From NCBI GenBank assembly GCA_038321985.1, contig JBBQFN010000002.1, forward strand, positions 192,001 through 256,000: a stretch of DNA of 64,000 nucleotides, given 5' to 3'. This DNA is from Cyanophyceae cyanobacterium. GTDB taxonomy: Bacteria > Cyanobacteriota > Cyanobacteriia > Cyanobacteriales > Laspinemataceae. Positions 43,665-54,030 of this stretch are shown piece after piece. The position numbers were made by a program, and so were the translations under genes. The notes beneath the pieces are model-generated. The model was not told where the DNA came from. It did no database searches and saw only the letters and a program-made list of their open reading frames with translations. Position 1 is the first letter of the stretch. Each line of letters starts with the position of its first letter.

Positions 43665-44359
43665 TATTCGCCTCTTATTATTTTAAAGTTCAGAGCTTAA
43701 AGTCGATTCAGTTGAGCGGGTTTAAACCAGATATAGCGCATTTGGCAGCCGTTTGACCAGAAATCGAGGACTGGGAGTATATGGTTTCCTTGTCGTCTTA
43801 GGAAGCTCAGATGCTGATAGCCTTAACAAGTCGGGGCAGTCTCAAAACCCGAAGAACAAGTGGGGTTTCTGACTCCCCGTACCCTATACTAATATTTTAG
43901 GCTGATTATTTTAAGTCTAGCCTGTATTAGCCGGGGTTAACCCCTCCGAAAAGTATCCCTCACGCCTGCTGAAGAACGCTTCTTCAGAGGTAGTCCCCTA
44001 TTTCTTCTTAATTTATTTTTTGAAGGCCAAGTAGACCTCTAAAATAAGGTAATTTCCGGCTTTCAGAAAAGAGTCGAGTAAATTTAGACCGGCTTTATTT
44101 AAGTTTAGCCTGTTGATCGGGGCGTGAAACCGATCGCGTTGGGTATCCTGAAACGAATTACTCATTTTTTCTACGGCGCGATCGCCTCCCCTATTCCCCT
44201 GCTTACTGTGACTTCGGAAGTTTTTTGAAAGGGAAGGGGGAAGCCGTGTCGTTCGCTACATTTTTTAAGTCCCCAGGGCCTGAAAATATGAGCATCTGTG
44301 ACATTAATGCTATTGTTGCTTTATTCTCTGTAGAATCCTGATCGTAGGCTAGGCTGATC

Positions 44360-46057
44360 ATGAAACCGCGAATTATTGTTTGCTGTCTGGGTAGCACGGG
44401 GTATCAGATTTTTGGGTTGTTAAGGCAACAAGGGGCGTCAGTTGTAGGGATTGGAGAGCGCCCGATTCCTGGAGAAGACACGGGGATGATCATTGGAGAT
44501 CCGCAATCGGCAGCTACGCTACTCGCGGCAGGAATTCGAGATGCAGATGCGATTACGATCGCCTCTGATGATGATGCCGTGAATTTGGCAATCCTCATGC
44601 AAGCTCGACTGCTCAATCCCCAGATTCGGATTATTACGCGGTTGTTTAATGGGAGTTTAGGCGATCGCTTGGATCGCACGTTACCCCAGCATAGCAGTAT
44701 GAGTGTATCCACTTTGGCTGCCCCTATTTTTGCGTTTGCAGCAATGGGGAGTCGGGCGATCGGGCAACTCACACTGTTTAATGAAACTTGGCCGATTCAC
44801 GAAGAATATATTGATGATCGCCATCCCTGGAATGGGCGTAAGTTGGAGGAGTTATGGGAAGATAAACGGCGGATGCTGATTTACTATTTACCCGAACATC
44901 CTCATATCGACCTGGTTTCTGCGGTGCTGACTGGAAAGACTCTGGAAGTGGGCGATCGCCTGATTGTGGCAACCCAACTGAGCAAGCGCCACAATCGGCG
45001 TTCTTGGGGGCGGAAATTCCAAGAAACAGTGGGAAATTGGCGACGGTTCCAGCAGCAAAATCAAGCCACAACCCTTGCCCTATTTGCCCTCTTACTAACA
45101 ATTTTAACCGCAACTTTCACTTATACTTCTATTAATACCGACACCTCTTTTGTTGATTCTCTCTATTTTTCCGTCGGCATGATTACAGGAGCCGGAGGTA
45201 ATGAAGCGGTAGCGGAACAGTCTCCGGTTCCCCTTAAATTGTTTACCGCGATGATGATGCTTGTGGGGGCCGGCGCAGTCGGGATTTGCTATGCGCTGCT
45301 TAATGATTTTATCCTAGGTAGCCGGTTTAGACAACTTTGGGATACACCCCAAATTCCCCCGCGTCATCATTATATTGTGTGCGGTTTGGGAGATATCGGA
45401 ATCAAGGCAGTCGAGCAACTCCATGGGAATGGATATGATGTAGTTGTCATTGAGCAGGATCCGAACTGCCGCTTTCTGAGTACGGCTCAGGGGTTAAAAA
45501 TTCCTGTGATTCAGGCAGATGCGACCCTACCGGCCAGTTTAAAATCGGCTAATATTGAAAAAGCCGAAGCGGTGTTAGCAGTCACCAGCGATGACATGAC
45601 CAATTTAGAAATTGCCTTGACGGCTAAAGGCGTAGTCCCACAGATCCCCGTTGTCGTCCGAAGTGAGGACCCGCGCTTTGCCTTGATGGTACAACAAGTA
45701 TTTGATTTCGAGCGGGTGCTCAATCCTACGGAAATAGCTGCACCAGCCTTTGCTGCGGCAGCGATCGGCGGACGGGTTTTAGGTAATGGCATGACTGCCG
45801 GGAGTTTATGGGTGGCGATCGCCACCTTAATCACCCCCGCCCATCCCTTTTATCATCAAACCGTCAAAGAATCCGCCCAGAAAGCCGATTTTGTTCCCTT
45901 ATATATTCAAACTCAGGGGGGAACGGTTCACGGATGGAACTTACTAGAAACTAATCTGGATGTGGGCCATGTTTTATATTTAACAATCCCTGCCAATAAA
46001 TTAGAATTACTCTGGCGGAGTACCCCCTCCCAACTGATATCTAGCAGTTCCAGTTAA
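44360..46057 (+). CDS. TrkA-N (RCK) domain ion-channel family protein
   Basis: Two RCK/TrkA-N domains (VCCLGSTG, VCGLGDIG) flanking two TM helices and a pore-like segment YFSVGMITGAGG. Confidence 0.85.
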   Translation: MKPRIIVCCLGSTGYQIFGLLRQQGASVVGIGERPIPGEDTGMIIGDPQSAATLLAAGIRDADAITIASDDDAVNLAILMQARLLNPQIRIITRLFNGSLGDRLDRTLPQHSSMSVSTLAAPIFAFAAMGSRAIGQLTLFNETWPIHEEYIDDRHPWNGRKLEELWEDKRRMLIYYLPEHPHIDLVSAVLTGKTLEVGDRLIVATQLSKRHNRRSWGRKFQETVGNWRRFQQQNQATTLALFALLLTILTATFTYTSINTDTSFVDSLYFSVGMITGAGGNEAVAEQSPVPLKLFTAMMMLVGAGAVGICYALLNDFILGSRFRQLWDTPQIPPRHHYIVCGLGDIGIKAVEQLHGNGYDVVVIEQDPNCRFLSTAQGLKIPVIQADATLPASLKSANIEKAEAVLAVTSDDMTNLEIALTAKGVVPQIPVVVRSEDPRFALMVQQVFDFERVLNPTEIAAPAFAAAAIGGRVLGNGMTAGSLWVAIATLITPAHPFYHQTVKESAQKADFVPLYIQTQGGTVHGWNLLETNLDVGHVLYLTIPANKLELLWRSTPSQLISSSSS

Positions 46058-46064
46058 CTGTTAA

Positions 46065-46098
46065 AAAGATTCCTCACCCCAGCAGGTGAGGAGTCTTT
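46065..46098. terminator. Bidirectional terminator between convergent genes
   Basis: aaagattcctcacc...ggtgaggagtcttt. Confidence 0.7.
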
Positions 46099-46170
46099 AA
46101 AAGTAGCCTGAATTCTGATCCAATGGAAGAGAAAAAGGCTCGAACAGGTCGGTATTTTCAGCTTCTCCCA

Positions 46171-47169
46171 TTAGGGATAAACTTGAGGATATTGTTCCGG
46201 CTCGATATAATTGCCATCACACTCATATTTTGCTCGGTAGGAAAGTAACTTTAAAGTATCGTTAGTAAACTGGTAAGCCGACCGAGATCCACAATCTCCC
46301 AATCCTCTAAATTGTGTCCAAATTGTCAACAATTCAGTCTGGGGATTGTAAGTTGACCGCCCTCCCAAGGTGCGAATATCGTTAGGGGTGGGTTTGCCTC
46401 TCCCTTCTGAATTAAATTTAGTCAGGGTTAAGGGTTTTGTTGTAATCTTTCCAGCAGTGTCTTCATAAAGCCAAAATTCAAAGGCTTCCTGATAGGCGGC
46501 TAAAAAGCACGAAACCTTTACCAAATATTTCCCTTCTCCAACAGAATAGATTTCTGAAGCAGTGGCCGAATGTTCACGGTCCAAATTTGGCTCGCAAACC
46601 TTCAATTCGTCTTGATTGCGATAAAAATAGTCTAGAATTAACCGATCGCCTTCTGGCGAAACCCCCCTGGCAGTTGCTGAATTTTGAGCGGAAACCAGTA
46701 CCAGTGGCTCTCGCATTAACTGAGTACCATTTTCAGTAACTGTGAGATACATCGGCCCGCTGTTCCCCTCTTGCCACGAAATAGAATAAGTCGTGTCCTG
46801 ATTTTCCCAGGAAATTCCCCGCTGTCCTCGGTCTTCCCAACGAGTACCCCCTTGAATATCTATACAATTCCCGGCGGCATCACATCCACGATAGGTTCGT
46901 TCCCCCTCGCTAATTCCGAGGGTAACCCTATATTCTCCAGCTTGGTAAGTTTCCGCGTTAGGGTCTGCCTCTTCTGCGGGGGTAGGTTTGCTACTTTGTG
47001 GCAATTGGGTTGAGGGATTCGGGTTCTGAGTGATCTGAGAATCGGTTTCGGCCTTTTCCGTGGATTCTCCGGATTCAGAAGCAGTATCTTGGCTCGTTAT
47101 GCCATCGTTGCAGGCAATTAGCCCTAGAAAAAGGGTTAGAAATACCAAGAACCGGGAAAATTTTTTCAT
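46171..47169 (-). CDS. Lipoprotein with a DUF1176-like C-terminal domain
   Basis: Lipobox LIAC; CFLAAYQ, RGLGDCG and ECDG motifs. Confidence 0.8.
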   Translation of the reverse strand: MKKFSRFLVFLTLFLGLIACNDGITSQDTASESGESTEKAETDSQITQNPNPSTQLPQSSKPTPAEEADPNAETYQAGEYRVTLGISEGERTYRGCDAAGNCIDIQGGTRWEDRGQRGISWENQDTTYSISWQEGNSGPMYLTVTENGTQLMREPLVLVSAQNSATARGVSPEGDRLILDYFYRNQDELKVCEPNLDREHSATASEIYSVGEGKYLVKVSCFLAAYQEAFEFWLYEDTAGKITTKPLTLTKFNSEGRGKPTPNDIRTLGGRSTYNPQTELLTIWTQFRGLGDCGSRSAYQFTNDTLKLLSYRAKYECDGNYIEPEQYPQVYP

Positions 47170-47434
47170 AATTAGGGGGAATTAAGGGTTTACTAGGGTT
47201 TTCTGAATAATTTTATATCGGTTTTGACCGATCGCCCTTTCTCCGTTGCCTTTCCCTGTTACCATAATTACAGAACCCTGTCAATCTGGGCCCTTTCAAC
47301 CTGTGGCGATCGCCCTTGGCGGCAGACACAAGCTGTTCCCCCTCAGTGAAACTTGAATCCTGCAACCAGGGGAATCCTTGTCTCCCCTGATTACGTGGGT
47401 AACTCCGGGCGATCTCGTTATCTCCCGCGCCGGT

Positions 47435-48025
47435 TTACAGGAATTCAAATCCCGCTTCCGCTAAAGCGCGATCCAAGATATCAACGGCATGGAGTGCGAT
47501 CGCCCATTCCCGAAGATACTCAAAGTCTAAATCCTCATTCTGAACCTTGAGCATCCACACAATATCTCGCCAGACTTGATCTACATTGCGATCGCTGTCT
47601 CGATACTCCATTAATTTTTCCAGAAAAATATCTTCTAACGAAGGTACCCACAGCGAGCGTTCTGGGTTCAGTTGCACAATGATCGGCCTGCGCCGACTAA
47701 ATAGCGACTGCCAAAATAAGTCATCTTTTAAAATTAACAGATTCACTGAAATATTGGTGTCTTTATGGACTAAAGTAACCCCAGATTGCGCTCTAACCGC
47801 TTCTCTGAGTGCCGCTTCTGTTACCTTAAAACTGGGTTCAATCGCCTCATATAGTCCCGGCGACTTATCCCGCCGCAAATCCACCAGCAGAGCGATAAAA
47901 CTGGGAATCTGGCGGTCAGTTTTCAAAGCTCTAGCTAATCTACTTTCAGTCACATAAGGAATAGCCAACCGTTCCAAAACCTGGACCAGTTTTAAAATAA
48001 TTTTAATCGGATCTGCATTAGACAC
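47435..48025 (-). CDS. Nucleotidyltransferase-fold protein with a degenerate active site
   Basis: LERLAIPY, SLEDIFLEKL, WRDI..MLKVQ..LDFEYLREWA scaffold; GTG start with AGGAG RBS. Confidence 0.7.
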   Translation of the reverse strand: MSNADPIKIILKLVQVLERLAIPYVTESRLARALKTDRQIPSFIALLVDLRRDKSPGLYEAIEPSFKVTEAALREAVRAQSGVTLVHKDTNISVNLLILKDDLFWQSLFSRRRPIIVQLNPERSLWVPSLEDIFLEKLMEYRDSDRNVDQVWRDIVWMLKVQNEDLDFEYLREWAIALHAVDILDRALAEAGFEFL

Positions 48026-48218
48026 TGCTTTTCTCCTATTTCTTTCGGGTTTCGGTTCAATTCAGAGGTTCCAGTAAGCCTACCAATTTCCGACCTTTCC
48101 CTGACTTAAAAATCCCCGTTAATTAACAATATTATTTCTCAATAATAGAATAAATTTTCAAAAGCGTCAACCAACTCTCAGGCATTCGTAATAAAAAAAT
48201 CAATCATTTCTTTATCCC

Positions 48219-49835
48219 TTATTCCCGTCGCCAATCGACCCCCCAAGCGATCGCGGCTATCCCCCACAAGCCCAACAATAACCAATTTCCCCATCGCACA
48301 TAAAGGGTCTGAGTTTGGCGTCGGTAAATCGTCTCGGCTCGCACCTGATAAGCATTCTGTTCAGAAATCCAGATTGTTTTCCCCTGGGGATTGACGATCG
48401 CCGAATAACCCGTATTGGTGGCACGAACTGCCCAGCGATCGGTTTCGATCGCCCGCATGACATCCTGGGCATGGTGCTGCTGCATCATTGTCCCTGTATA
48501 ATGAGCATCATTAGAGGCACTCAGGATAAACTCTCCCCCGGCGGCTGCTTGTCGCCGAAACAACTCCGGAAAGGCTGAATCATAACAAATTCCGGCGATC
48601 GCCCGTCCGAAGGGGGTATCAAATACTTGGTCTGGTCTACCCGCCACTAAACGAGCATCCAGCGGGGATAACTTCGCTACAATTTTTCCAAAAATTTGCT
48701 CAAATGGGATATATTCTCCCAACGGAACCAACTTTGTTTTATCGTAACGGCTAAACGTTTCCCCAGCGGGAGTAACCGTGACTAAACTATTCGTAAAATT
48801 CCGCTCTCGACTGCCAAAGGTTCCCACCCAAGCAATTGCTTCATGGTCGAGAATAGTTTGATAAAAAGAACTGGCTCTGATATTCTCGGCGGTCCATAAA
48901 TAGGGGAAGGCTGTCTCCGGAATCAAAATTCCATCCACCCCCGCCTCGGCTAACTCTTGATAGCCCGTCGTATATCCCTCTAAGGCGCGACGCCATCCCT
49001 GGGAATTAAACTTAATATCGTTCGGAATATTTCCTTGAATAATGCCCACATTTAAGGCCGTTTCCGGCGTTTGTATCAACGGGCGATTATAGAGAAATAA
49101 TCCAATTCCGTGTAAACTGAGGAATAAAATAATGGAGGAAACGAATAAATAAACTCGGTTTCGAGTAGGAGTGGGAGGGGAATGAGTGAAGGTAATAATT
49201 GCTTCAGCAATTAACCCATTCACACCCACGATCGCCCCGGTAACTGCGGTGGGACCGGAAAGCTGCCCCAGATGTAAAATGATTAAATTATGGTTGCTTT
49301 GGGTATAAGCTAGGGCAGTCCACCAGAGGTTTCCTGAACTCCATATCGCCTCTAAAGTACACCAAAGGGCAGTCCCGACGGCCACCCGCACCCAGGGCGA
49401 GAGGGGATGTCCAGAACCCTTTGTAAATAGGCGACTTATCAGCAAAAGTGTGATGGCCCAAACCGTGACCAATGCTGCACCCCAGAAGGTGATAAAGCTC
49501 CAACAAAAGGAGGCGATCGCCAAACTTGCCAGCCAAGGAACCCCCAACCAAGTCATCGGATGAATGCCGGTAATCCAAAATAAGGCAATTCCGTGATATC
49601 CGATTCCCCATAATAAGGGCAATCCTAAAAAATTCCACTGAAATATTGGGTTGATTTTTGACTGATTTTCTGCCCTTTCCCTGACTAAAATCCACAGGGG
49701 AATTAAGGCAATCCAAGCCAAGGGCCAAGCGTTGCCCGGTGCCGGGGTTAATCCCATCAAAACCCCACCCCATAAAGCGGCGGCAAATTTCCAGAAAACT
49801 TTGGGTTCTAAGGAGGGTTTAAGAGAGTTATACAC
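48219..49835 (-). CDS. lnt: Apolipoprotein N-acyltransferase
   Basis: TM N-terminus; IQGNIP, PETA, K..LVPLGEYIP, ICYDS, SNDAH, RATNTGYS. Confidence 0.95.
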   Translation of the reverse strand: MYNSLKPSLEPKVFWKFAAALWGGVLMGLTPAPGNAWPLAWIALIPLWILVRERAENQSKINPIFQWNFLGLPLLWGIGYHGIALFWITGIHPMTWLGVPWLASLAIASFCWSFITFWGAALVTVWAITLLLISRLFTKGSGHPLSPWVRVAVGTALWCTLEAIWSSGNLWWTALAYTQSNHNLIILHLGQLSGPTAVTGAIVGVNGLIAEAIITFTHSPPTPTRNRVYLFVSSIILFLSLHGIGLFLYNRPLIQTPETALNVGIIQGNIPNDIKFNSQGWRRALEGYTTGYQELAEAGVDGILIPETAFPYLWTAENIRASSFYQTILDHEAIAWVGTFGSRERNFTNSLVTVTPAGETFSRYDKTKLVPLGEYIPFEQIFGKIVAKLSPLDARLVAGRPDQVFDTPFGRAIAGICYDSAFPELFRRQAAAGGEFILSASNDAHYTGTMMQQHHAQDVMRAIETDRWAVRATNTGYSAIVNPQGKTIWISEQNAYQVRAETIYRRQTQTLYVRWGNWLLLGLWGIAAIAWGVDWRRE

Positions 49836-49888
49836 GAGTATTTATATTTTTGAAAAATTTAGTTAAGAGTAATTATGGTAAGTATAAA

Positions 49889-49943
49889 GTGCGTCAGATA
49901 ACAAGGGTATTCGTTTGTTGTACCCATTATTAGTCTGACGCAC
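49889..49943. repeat. REP-like palindrome between gyrA and lnt
   Basis: gtgcgtcaga ... tctgacgcac outer stem with an inner gggta/taccc pair. Confidence 0.65.
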
Positions 49944-49967
49944 CCGATCTAAACGGTTGAGAGGGAT

Positions 49968-52697
49968 TTAATCCTGCTCTTCGATTTCGGTTTCCGTGAT
50001 GAGTTCCTCTTCTTCACCGGATGCTGGCAGTAACACCACTCCCCCTTCGAGGTCAATTTCGGTTTCGATGGCGAGTTCATCTTCTTCACCGGATGCTGGA
50101 ACTAACGCCACTCCGGCGATCGCATCCGAAGAATCAAGACGCTGAACTCGGACCCCTCGGGCCGATCGCGATTGGGAGGAAATGGCTTTACTCGCCTGAC
50201 GAATGATAATCCCGCGATTGGTAACAATCATCAGTTCATCATCTTCATTGACGATTCGCAGTGCCGCAAGTCGGTCTTTTTCATTGCGGAATTTGATTGC
50301 ACAAACCCCTTTTCCGGCCCGTCGTTGTAGGCGGAATTGAGTCACCGGAACCCGTTTACCAAACCCGCAGGTTGTAATCACCAAAGCCCAAGGACCAGGA
50401 TAAGAAGAGGTTTCAGCAATATTCTCCTCTTCCCCTTCCGTCTCCTCGGTTTGCAGATCCAACTCTTCCTCTTCGAGTTCTACTTCGAGTTCTACGTCGA
50501 GTTCTACGTCGAGTTCTAGATTTTCATCCTCGATCGCCTCCTGCATTGCCGCCGTAACTTGGGAGGGGAGTACATCCATGCTGATGATGTTGTCACCTTT
50601 GCGGAGGTTCATTGACTTAACCCCTCGCGTTGCTCGACCCAAAGGACGAAGTTGTTTATGATCAGCTTTGAAATGAATTGCCATTCCCTTCGCTGAACCG
50701 ATAATAATGGTATCTTCGGGTCGCGCTTTGCGGACCCAGCGCAATTCATCTCCCTCGGATAAAGAGATGGCAATTAAGCCATTAGCGCGGATATTGGAAA
50801 AGGCAGAGAGGGCGGTTTTTTTTATATAACCGCCTCTGGTGAGCATCACTAAGTATTCATCATCGGAGAATTCTTCTACCGAGATAATGGAGGTGATTTT
50901 TTCATTAAAGGGAATTGGCAACATTTGGGTGATTGCCATTCCCCGTGCCGTGCGAGATCCGGTGGGTATTTGATAGGCATGGAGGCAGTACACCACCCCG
51001 CGCTCGCTAAAGAATAAAATAGCATCGTGGTCGCGACAGGTTAAGAAATGGGCAATTCCATCATCCTCTTTAATCTTCGCCCCGGACTTGCCTCGGGTTG
51101 CCCGACTTTGAGCCTCGAAGGTATTAACCGGCATCCGCTTAATATACCCTTGTTCCGTAATCATCACCAGGGCTTTTTCATTGGCGATTAAATCGGTTAC
51201 ATCGATTTCACCTTCGGCGTGTTCGATGACGGTTCGACGGGGGGTGGAGAACTTTGTTTTAAGTTCGGACGCTTCGTTTTCAATGATTTCTAGAACCCGT
51301 TCCCGCCGTGCCAAGATATCCCGCAAATCAGTGATGATGAGTTGCAGGTCGTCATGTTCTTGGTGAATTTTATCCGCTTCTAAGGCCGTTAAGCGGCGTA
51401 ATTGCATTTGCAGAATCGCGTCAGCTTGGACTTCAGAAAATTCGTAGGACGCAATTAATTCTTGTTTAGCACTTGGAGTATCTGCTGCTCGTCGAATTAA
51501 GGCAATAATGCTATCTAAATTTTCCAGGGCAATTAGTAATCCCTGTAACAGGTGGTCCCGTTCTTCAGCTTTTCGCAGTTCATAGCGAGTCCGTCGTTCG
51601 ATGGTTTCGATGCGGAACTCTAAAAAGACGGTTAGGAACTGTCGGAGGGTGAGCAACTGCGGTTCGCTGTTAACCAGCGCCAGCATATTGGCTCCGAAAT
51701 TGGCCTGTAAGGGAGTTTGTTTGTACAGGTTGTTGAGGACGACGCGGGGGTAGGCATCGCGCTTGAGTTCGATGACGATTCGCATCCCGTCGCGATCGCT
51801 CTCATCCCGGATATCGGAGATGCCTTCTAGGCGCTTTTCGTTCACCATTTCGGCGATTCTTTCGATCATCGCTGCCTTATTGGTTTGGTAAGGCAATTCG
51901 GTAATCACGATCGCGTCTTTGTCCGGACGTCCGCGATGCTCGATGGTTTCAATGGCAGCCACGCCGCGCATGGTGATCGAACCCCGTCCGGTGGTATAGG
52001 CTTCCCGGATGCTACTGACGCCCAGAATCTGGCCCCCGGTGGGAAAATCCGGACCGGGGATGTAGTGCATCAGCTCAATGTCTGTAATCTCCGGGTTGTG
52101 GATCATCGCCACTAAGCCATCCATCAGTTCTCCCAAGTTGTGGGGAGGAATGTTGGTTGCCATCCCTACGGCGATACCGGAGGAGCCGTTGAGTAAGAGT
52201 TGGGGAACGCGGGTCGGTAAGACAATCGGTTCTTGCTGCGATCCATCGAAGTTATCAATGAAATCCACCGTTTCTTGGTCAATGTCCCGCAACATGGCAT
52301 CCATGCTCAGGGATTGCAGACGACATTCCGTATAACGCATGGCTGCCGGAGGGTCGTTGTCAATGGAGCCAAAGTTGCCGTGACCATTGATCAGGGGCGA
52401 TCGCATGGAAAAATCCTGGGCCATCCGCACCAAGGCATCGTAAACTGCTGTATCGCCGTGGGGGTGGTACTTACCGAGGACTTCCCCGACCACACGAGCG
52501 CATTTACGGAAGGGGCGGTCTGGGGTCAAGCCCAACTCGTGCATAGCATAGAGAATCCGCCTGTGTACAGGCTTGAGACCATCCCTAGCATCTGGGAGCG
52601 CCCGACCGACGATTACGCTCATGGCGTATTCGAGGTAGGACTGTTGCATTTCATTCCGCAGATCCGTCGGGATTATCCGCTCCTGGGAGGTGGTCAT
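49968..52697 (-). CDS. gyrA: DNA gyrase subunit A
   Basis: [29 protein letters not shown] (catalytic Tyr), beta-pinwheel CTD with QSRATRG and QRRAGKG boxes. Confidence 0.97.
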   Translation of the reverse strand: MTTSQERIIPTDLRNEMQQSYLEYAMSVIVGRALPDARDGLKPVHRRILYAMHELGLTPDRPFRKCARVVGEVLGKYHPHGDTAVYDALVRMAQDFSMRSPLINGHGNFGSIDNDPPAAMRYTECRLQSLSMDAMLRDIDQETVDFIDNFDGSQQEPIVLPTRVPQLLLNGSSGIAVGMATNIPPHNLGELMDGLVAMIHNPEITDIELMHYIPGPDFPTGGQILGVSSIREAYTTGRGSITMRGVAAIETIEHRGRPDKDAIVITELPYQTNKAAMIERIAEMVNEKRLEGISDIRDESDRDGMRIVIELKRDAYPRVVLNNLYKQTPLQANFGANMLALVNSEPQLLTLRQFLTVFLEFRIETIERRTRYELRKAEERDHLLQGLLIALENLDSIIALIRRAADTPSAKQELIASYEFSEVQADAILQMQLRRLTALEADKIHQEHDDLQLIITDLRDILARRERVLEIIENEASELKTKFSTPRRTVIEHAEGEIDVTDLIANEKALVMITEQGYIKRMPVNTFEAQSRATRGKSGAKIKEDDGIAHFLTCRDHDAILFFSERGVVYCLHAYQIPTGSRTARGMAITQMLPIPFNEKITSIISVEEFSDDEYLVMLTRGGYIKKTALSAFSNIRANGLIAISLSEGDELRWVRKARPEDTIIIGSAKGMAIHFKADHKQLRPLGRATRGVKSMNLRKGDNIISMDVLPSQVTAAMQEAIEDENLELDVELDVELEVELEEEELDLQTEETEGEEENIAETSSYPGPWALVITTCGFGKRVPVTQFRLQRRAGKGVCAIKFRNEKDRLAALRIVNEDDELMIVTNRGIIIRQASKAISSQSRSARGVRVQRLDSSDAIAGVALVPASGEEDELAIETEIDLEGGVVLLPASGEEEELITETEIEEQD

Positions 52698-52886
52698 AAG
52701 ATGAAAAACTCCAAAAATGTGAGACTAGATAGCTATCAGTCAGAGAACTGACCGTTAGGCTATCGGACATCTAAATATTCCTAATTTGTGATTAATATTT
52801 TAACATAGATTGACCCTATTCTAACCAAGGGCGACTATCTAAAATACCTCGATTTGTGGGGTATTATTTGAGCGCGGATAATTATC

Positions 52887-52970
52887 AGTCGATAGGGGAC
52901 AGTTTTCAGTGGTCAGTAGACAATGGAGAGTCGATAGTGGACAGTTTTCAGTGGTGAGTGGACAATGGAG
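52887..52970 (+). repeat. 42-bp tandem duplication built from 7-bp units
   Basis: AGTCGAT AGGGGAC AGTTTTC AGTGGTC AGTAGAC AATGGAG / AGTCGAT AGTGGAC AGTTTTC AGTGGTG AGTGGAC AATGGAG; 3 mismatches. Confidence 0.9.
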
Positions 52971-53966
52971 AATAAGACCGGAACAATCATTACATCAGAC
53001 CCAGGATATCAGACCCAGGACATTACACAAATGACCCATGACAAGCGACTGTTTTCTGTAATCTACTCGGAAGAATTTTTAAAACATGATACGGGGCGAT
53101 CGCATCCGGAACGTCCGGCTCGATTAACGGCCATTGTGGAAGCGTTAAAAGCCTTACCTTGGGCTGATTGCCTTTCTTGGCACCTGCCAACCCCGGGGGA
53201 GAATGGGGCGGCGATCGCAGCTATCAAGCGGGTTCATACTCCACGCCACCTTCACGAAATTGAAATATTGGCCGAATCTGGGGGGGGTCGGTTGGATATG
53301 GATACCCTGGTTTCTCGCTTCAGTTACGAGATTGCGCTACTGGCAGTCAGTGCGTGGCTGGATGGAGTTGATCGCGTTTTGGAGACGGGGGAACCGGCGT
53401 TTGTGTTAGCGCGACCCCCGGGACATCATGCCGAGAGCGATCGCGGCATGGGATTTTGTCTGTTTTCCAATGCAGCGATCGCGGCTAACTATGCCTTAGA
53501 ACAACACGGACTCAAGCGAGTTGCCATCCTAGATTGGGACGTGCATCATGGCAATGGCACCCAGGAAATCGTCGAAAAAAATCCCCAAATTGCCTACTGT
53601 TCCCTTCATCAATCCCCCTGTTATCCCGGGACCGGCGCAGCCAGCGAAACCGGCCCTCATGATAACATCCTCAATCTTCCCCTTCCTGCGGGCAGTACCC
53701 TAGCTGAATATCGGGTCTTGTTTGAGGAAAAAGTTATGCCCTTTCTCAGCCATTTTCAGCCGGATTTGTTACTGGTTAGCGCTGGATATGATGCCAATAC
53801 TGCCGACCCCTTAGCCCGGATCGACCTGCAACCTGAAGATTATGGCATCCTGACTGATTATTGTCTGCAACTGACTCGTCGGATCGTCTTCGGATTGGAG
53901 GGAGGATATCACTTAGATTCCCTCAGTCAGTCAGTTGTTGCCACCATTGCTCGCTGTATCGAATAA
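52965..53966 (+). CDS. Histone deacetylase family (Zn-dependent amidohydrolase)
   Basis: HPERPARL, RPPGHHA, GFCLF, DWDVHHGNGTQ, SAGYD, LEGGY. Start may be the ATG at 53031. Confidence 0.93.
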   Translation: MENKTGTIITSDPGYQTQDITQMTHDKRLFSVIYSEEFLKHDTGRSHPERPARLTAIVEALKALPWADCLSWHLPTPGENGAAIAAIKRVHTPRHLHEIEILAESGGGRLDMDTLVSRFSYEIALLAVSAWLDGVDRVLETGEPAFVLARPPGHHAESDRGMGFCLFSNAAIAANYALEQHGLKRVAILDWDVHHGNGTQEIVEKNPQIAYCSLHQSPCYPGTGAASETGPHDNILNLPLPAGSTLAEYRVLFEEKVMPFLSHFQPDLLLVSAGYDANTADPLARIDLQPEDYGILTDYCLQLTRRIVFGLEGGYHLDSLSQSVVATIARCIE

Positions 53967-54030
53967 TCCTTGGGAAAACCCTGTTTATTGGTTTAAGAGG
54001 GTAATGCTAGACTCCCTCTTTTCCCGTGGA

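Noticed and set aside
43664..44360. Possible c-di-AMP or other riboswitch ahead of the ion-channel gene
   Set aside because: No recognisable conserved riboswitch motifs by eye; an Rfam scan would settle it.
52233..52751. 172-aa plus-strand ORF and similar short ORFs inside acnB, dacB, lnt and the histidine kinase
   Set aside because: Antisense or out-of-frame shadows of well-supported genes, with no motifs.
52887..52970. Possible mini-CRISPR
   Set aside because: The repeats are directly adjacent with no spacers, and there are no cas genes.
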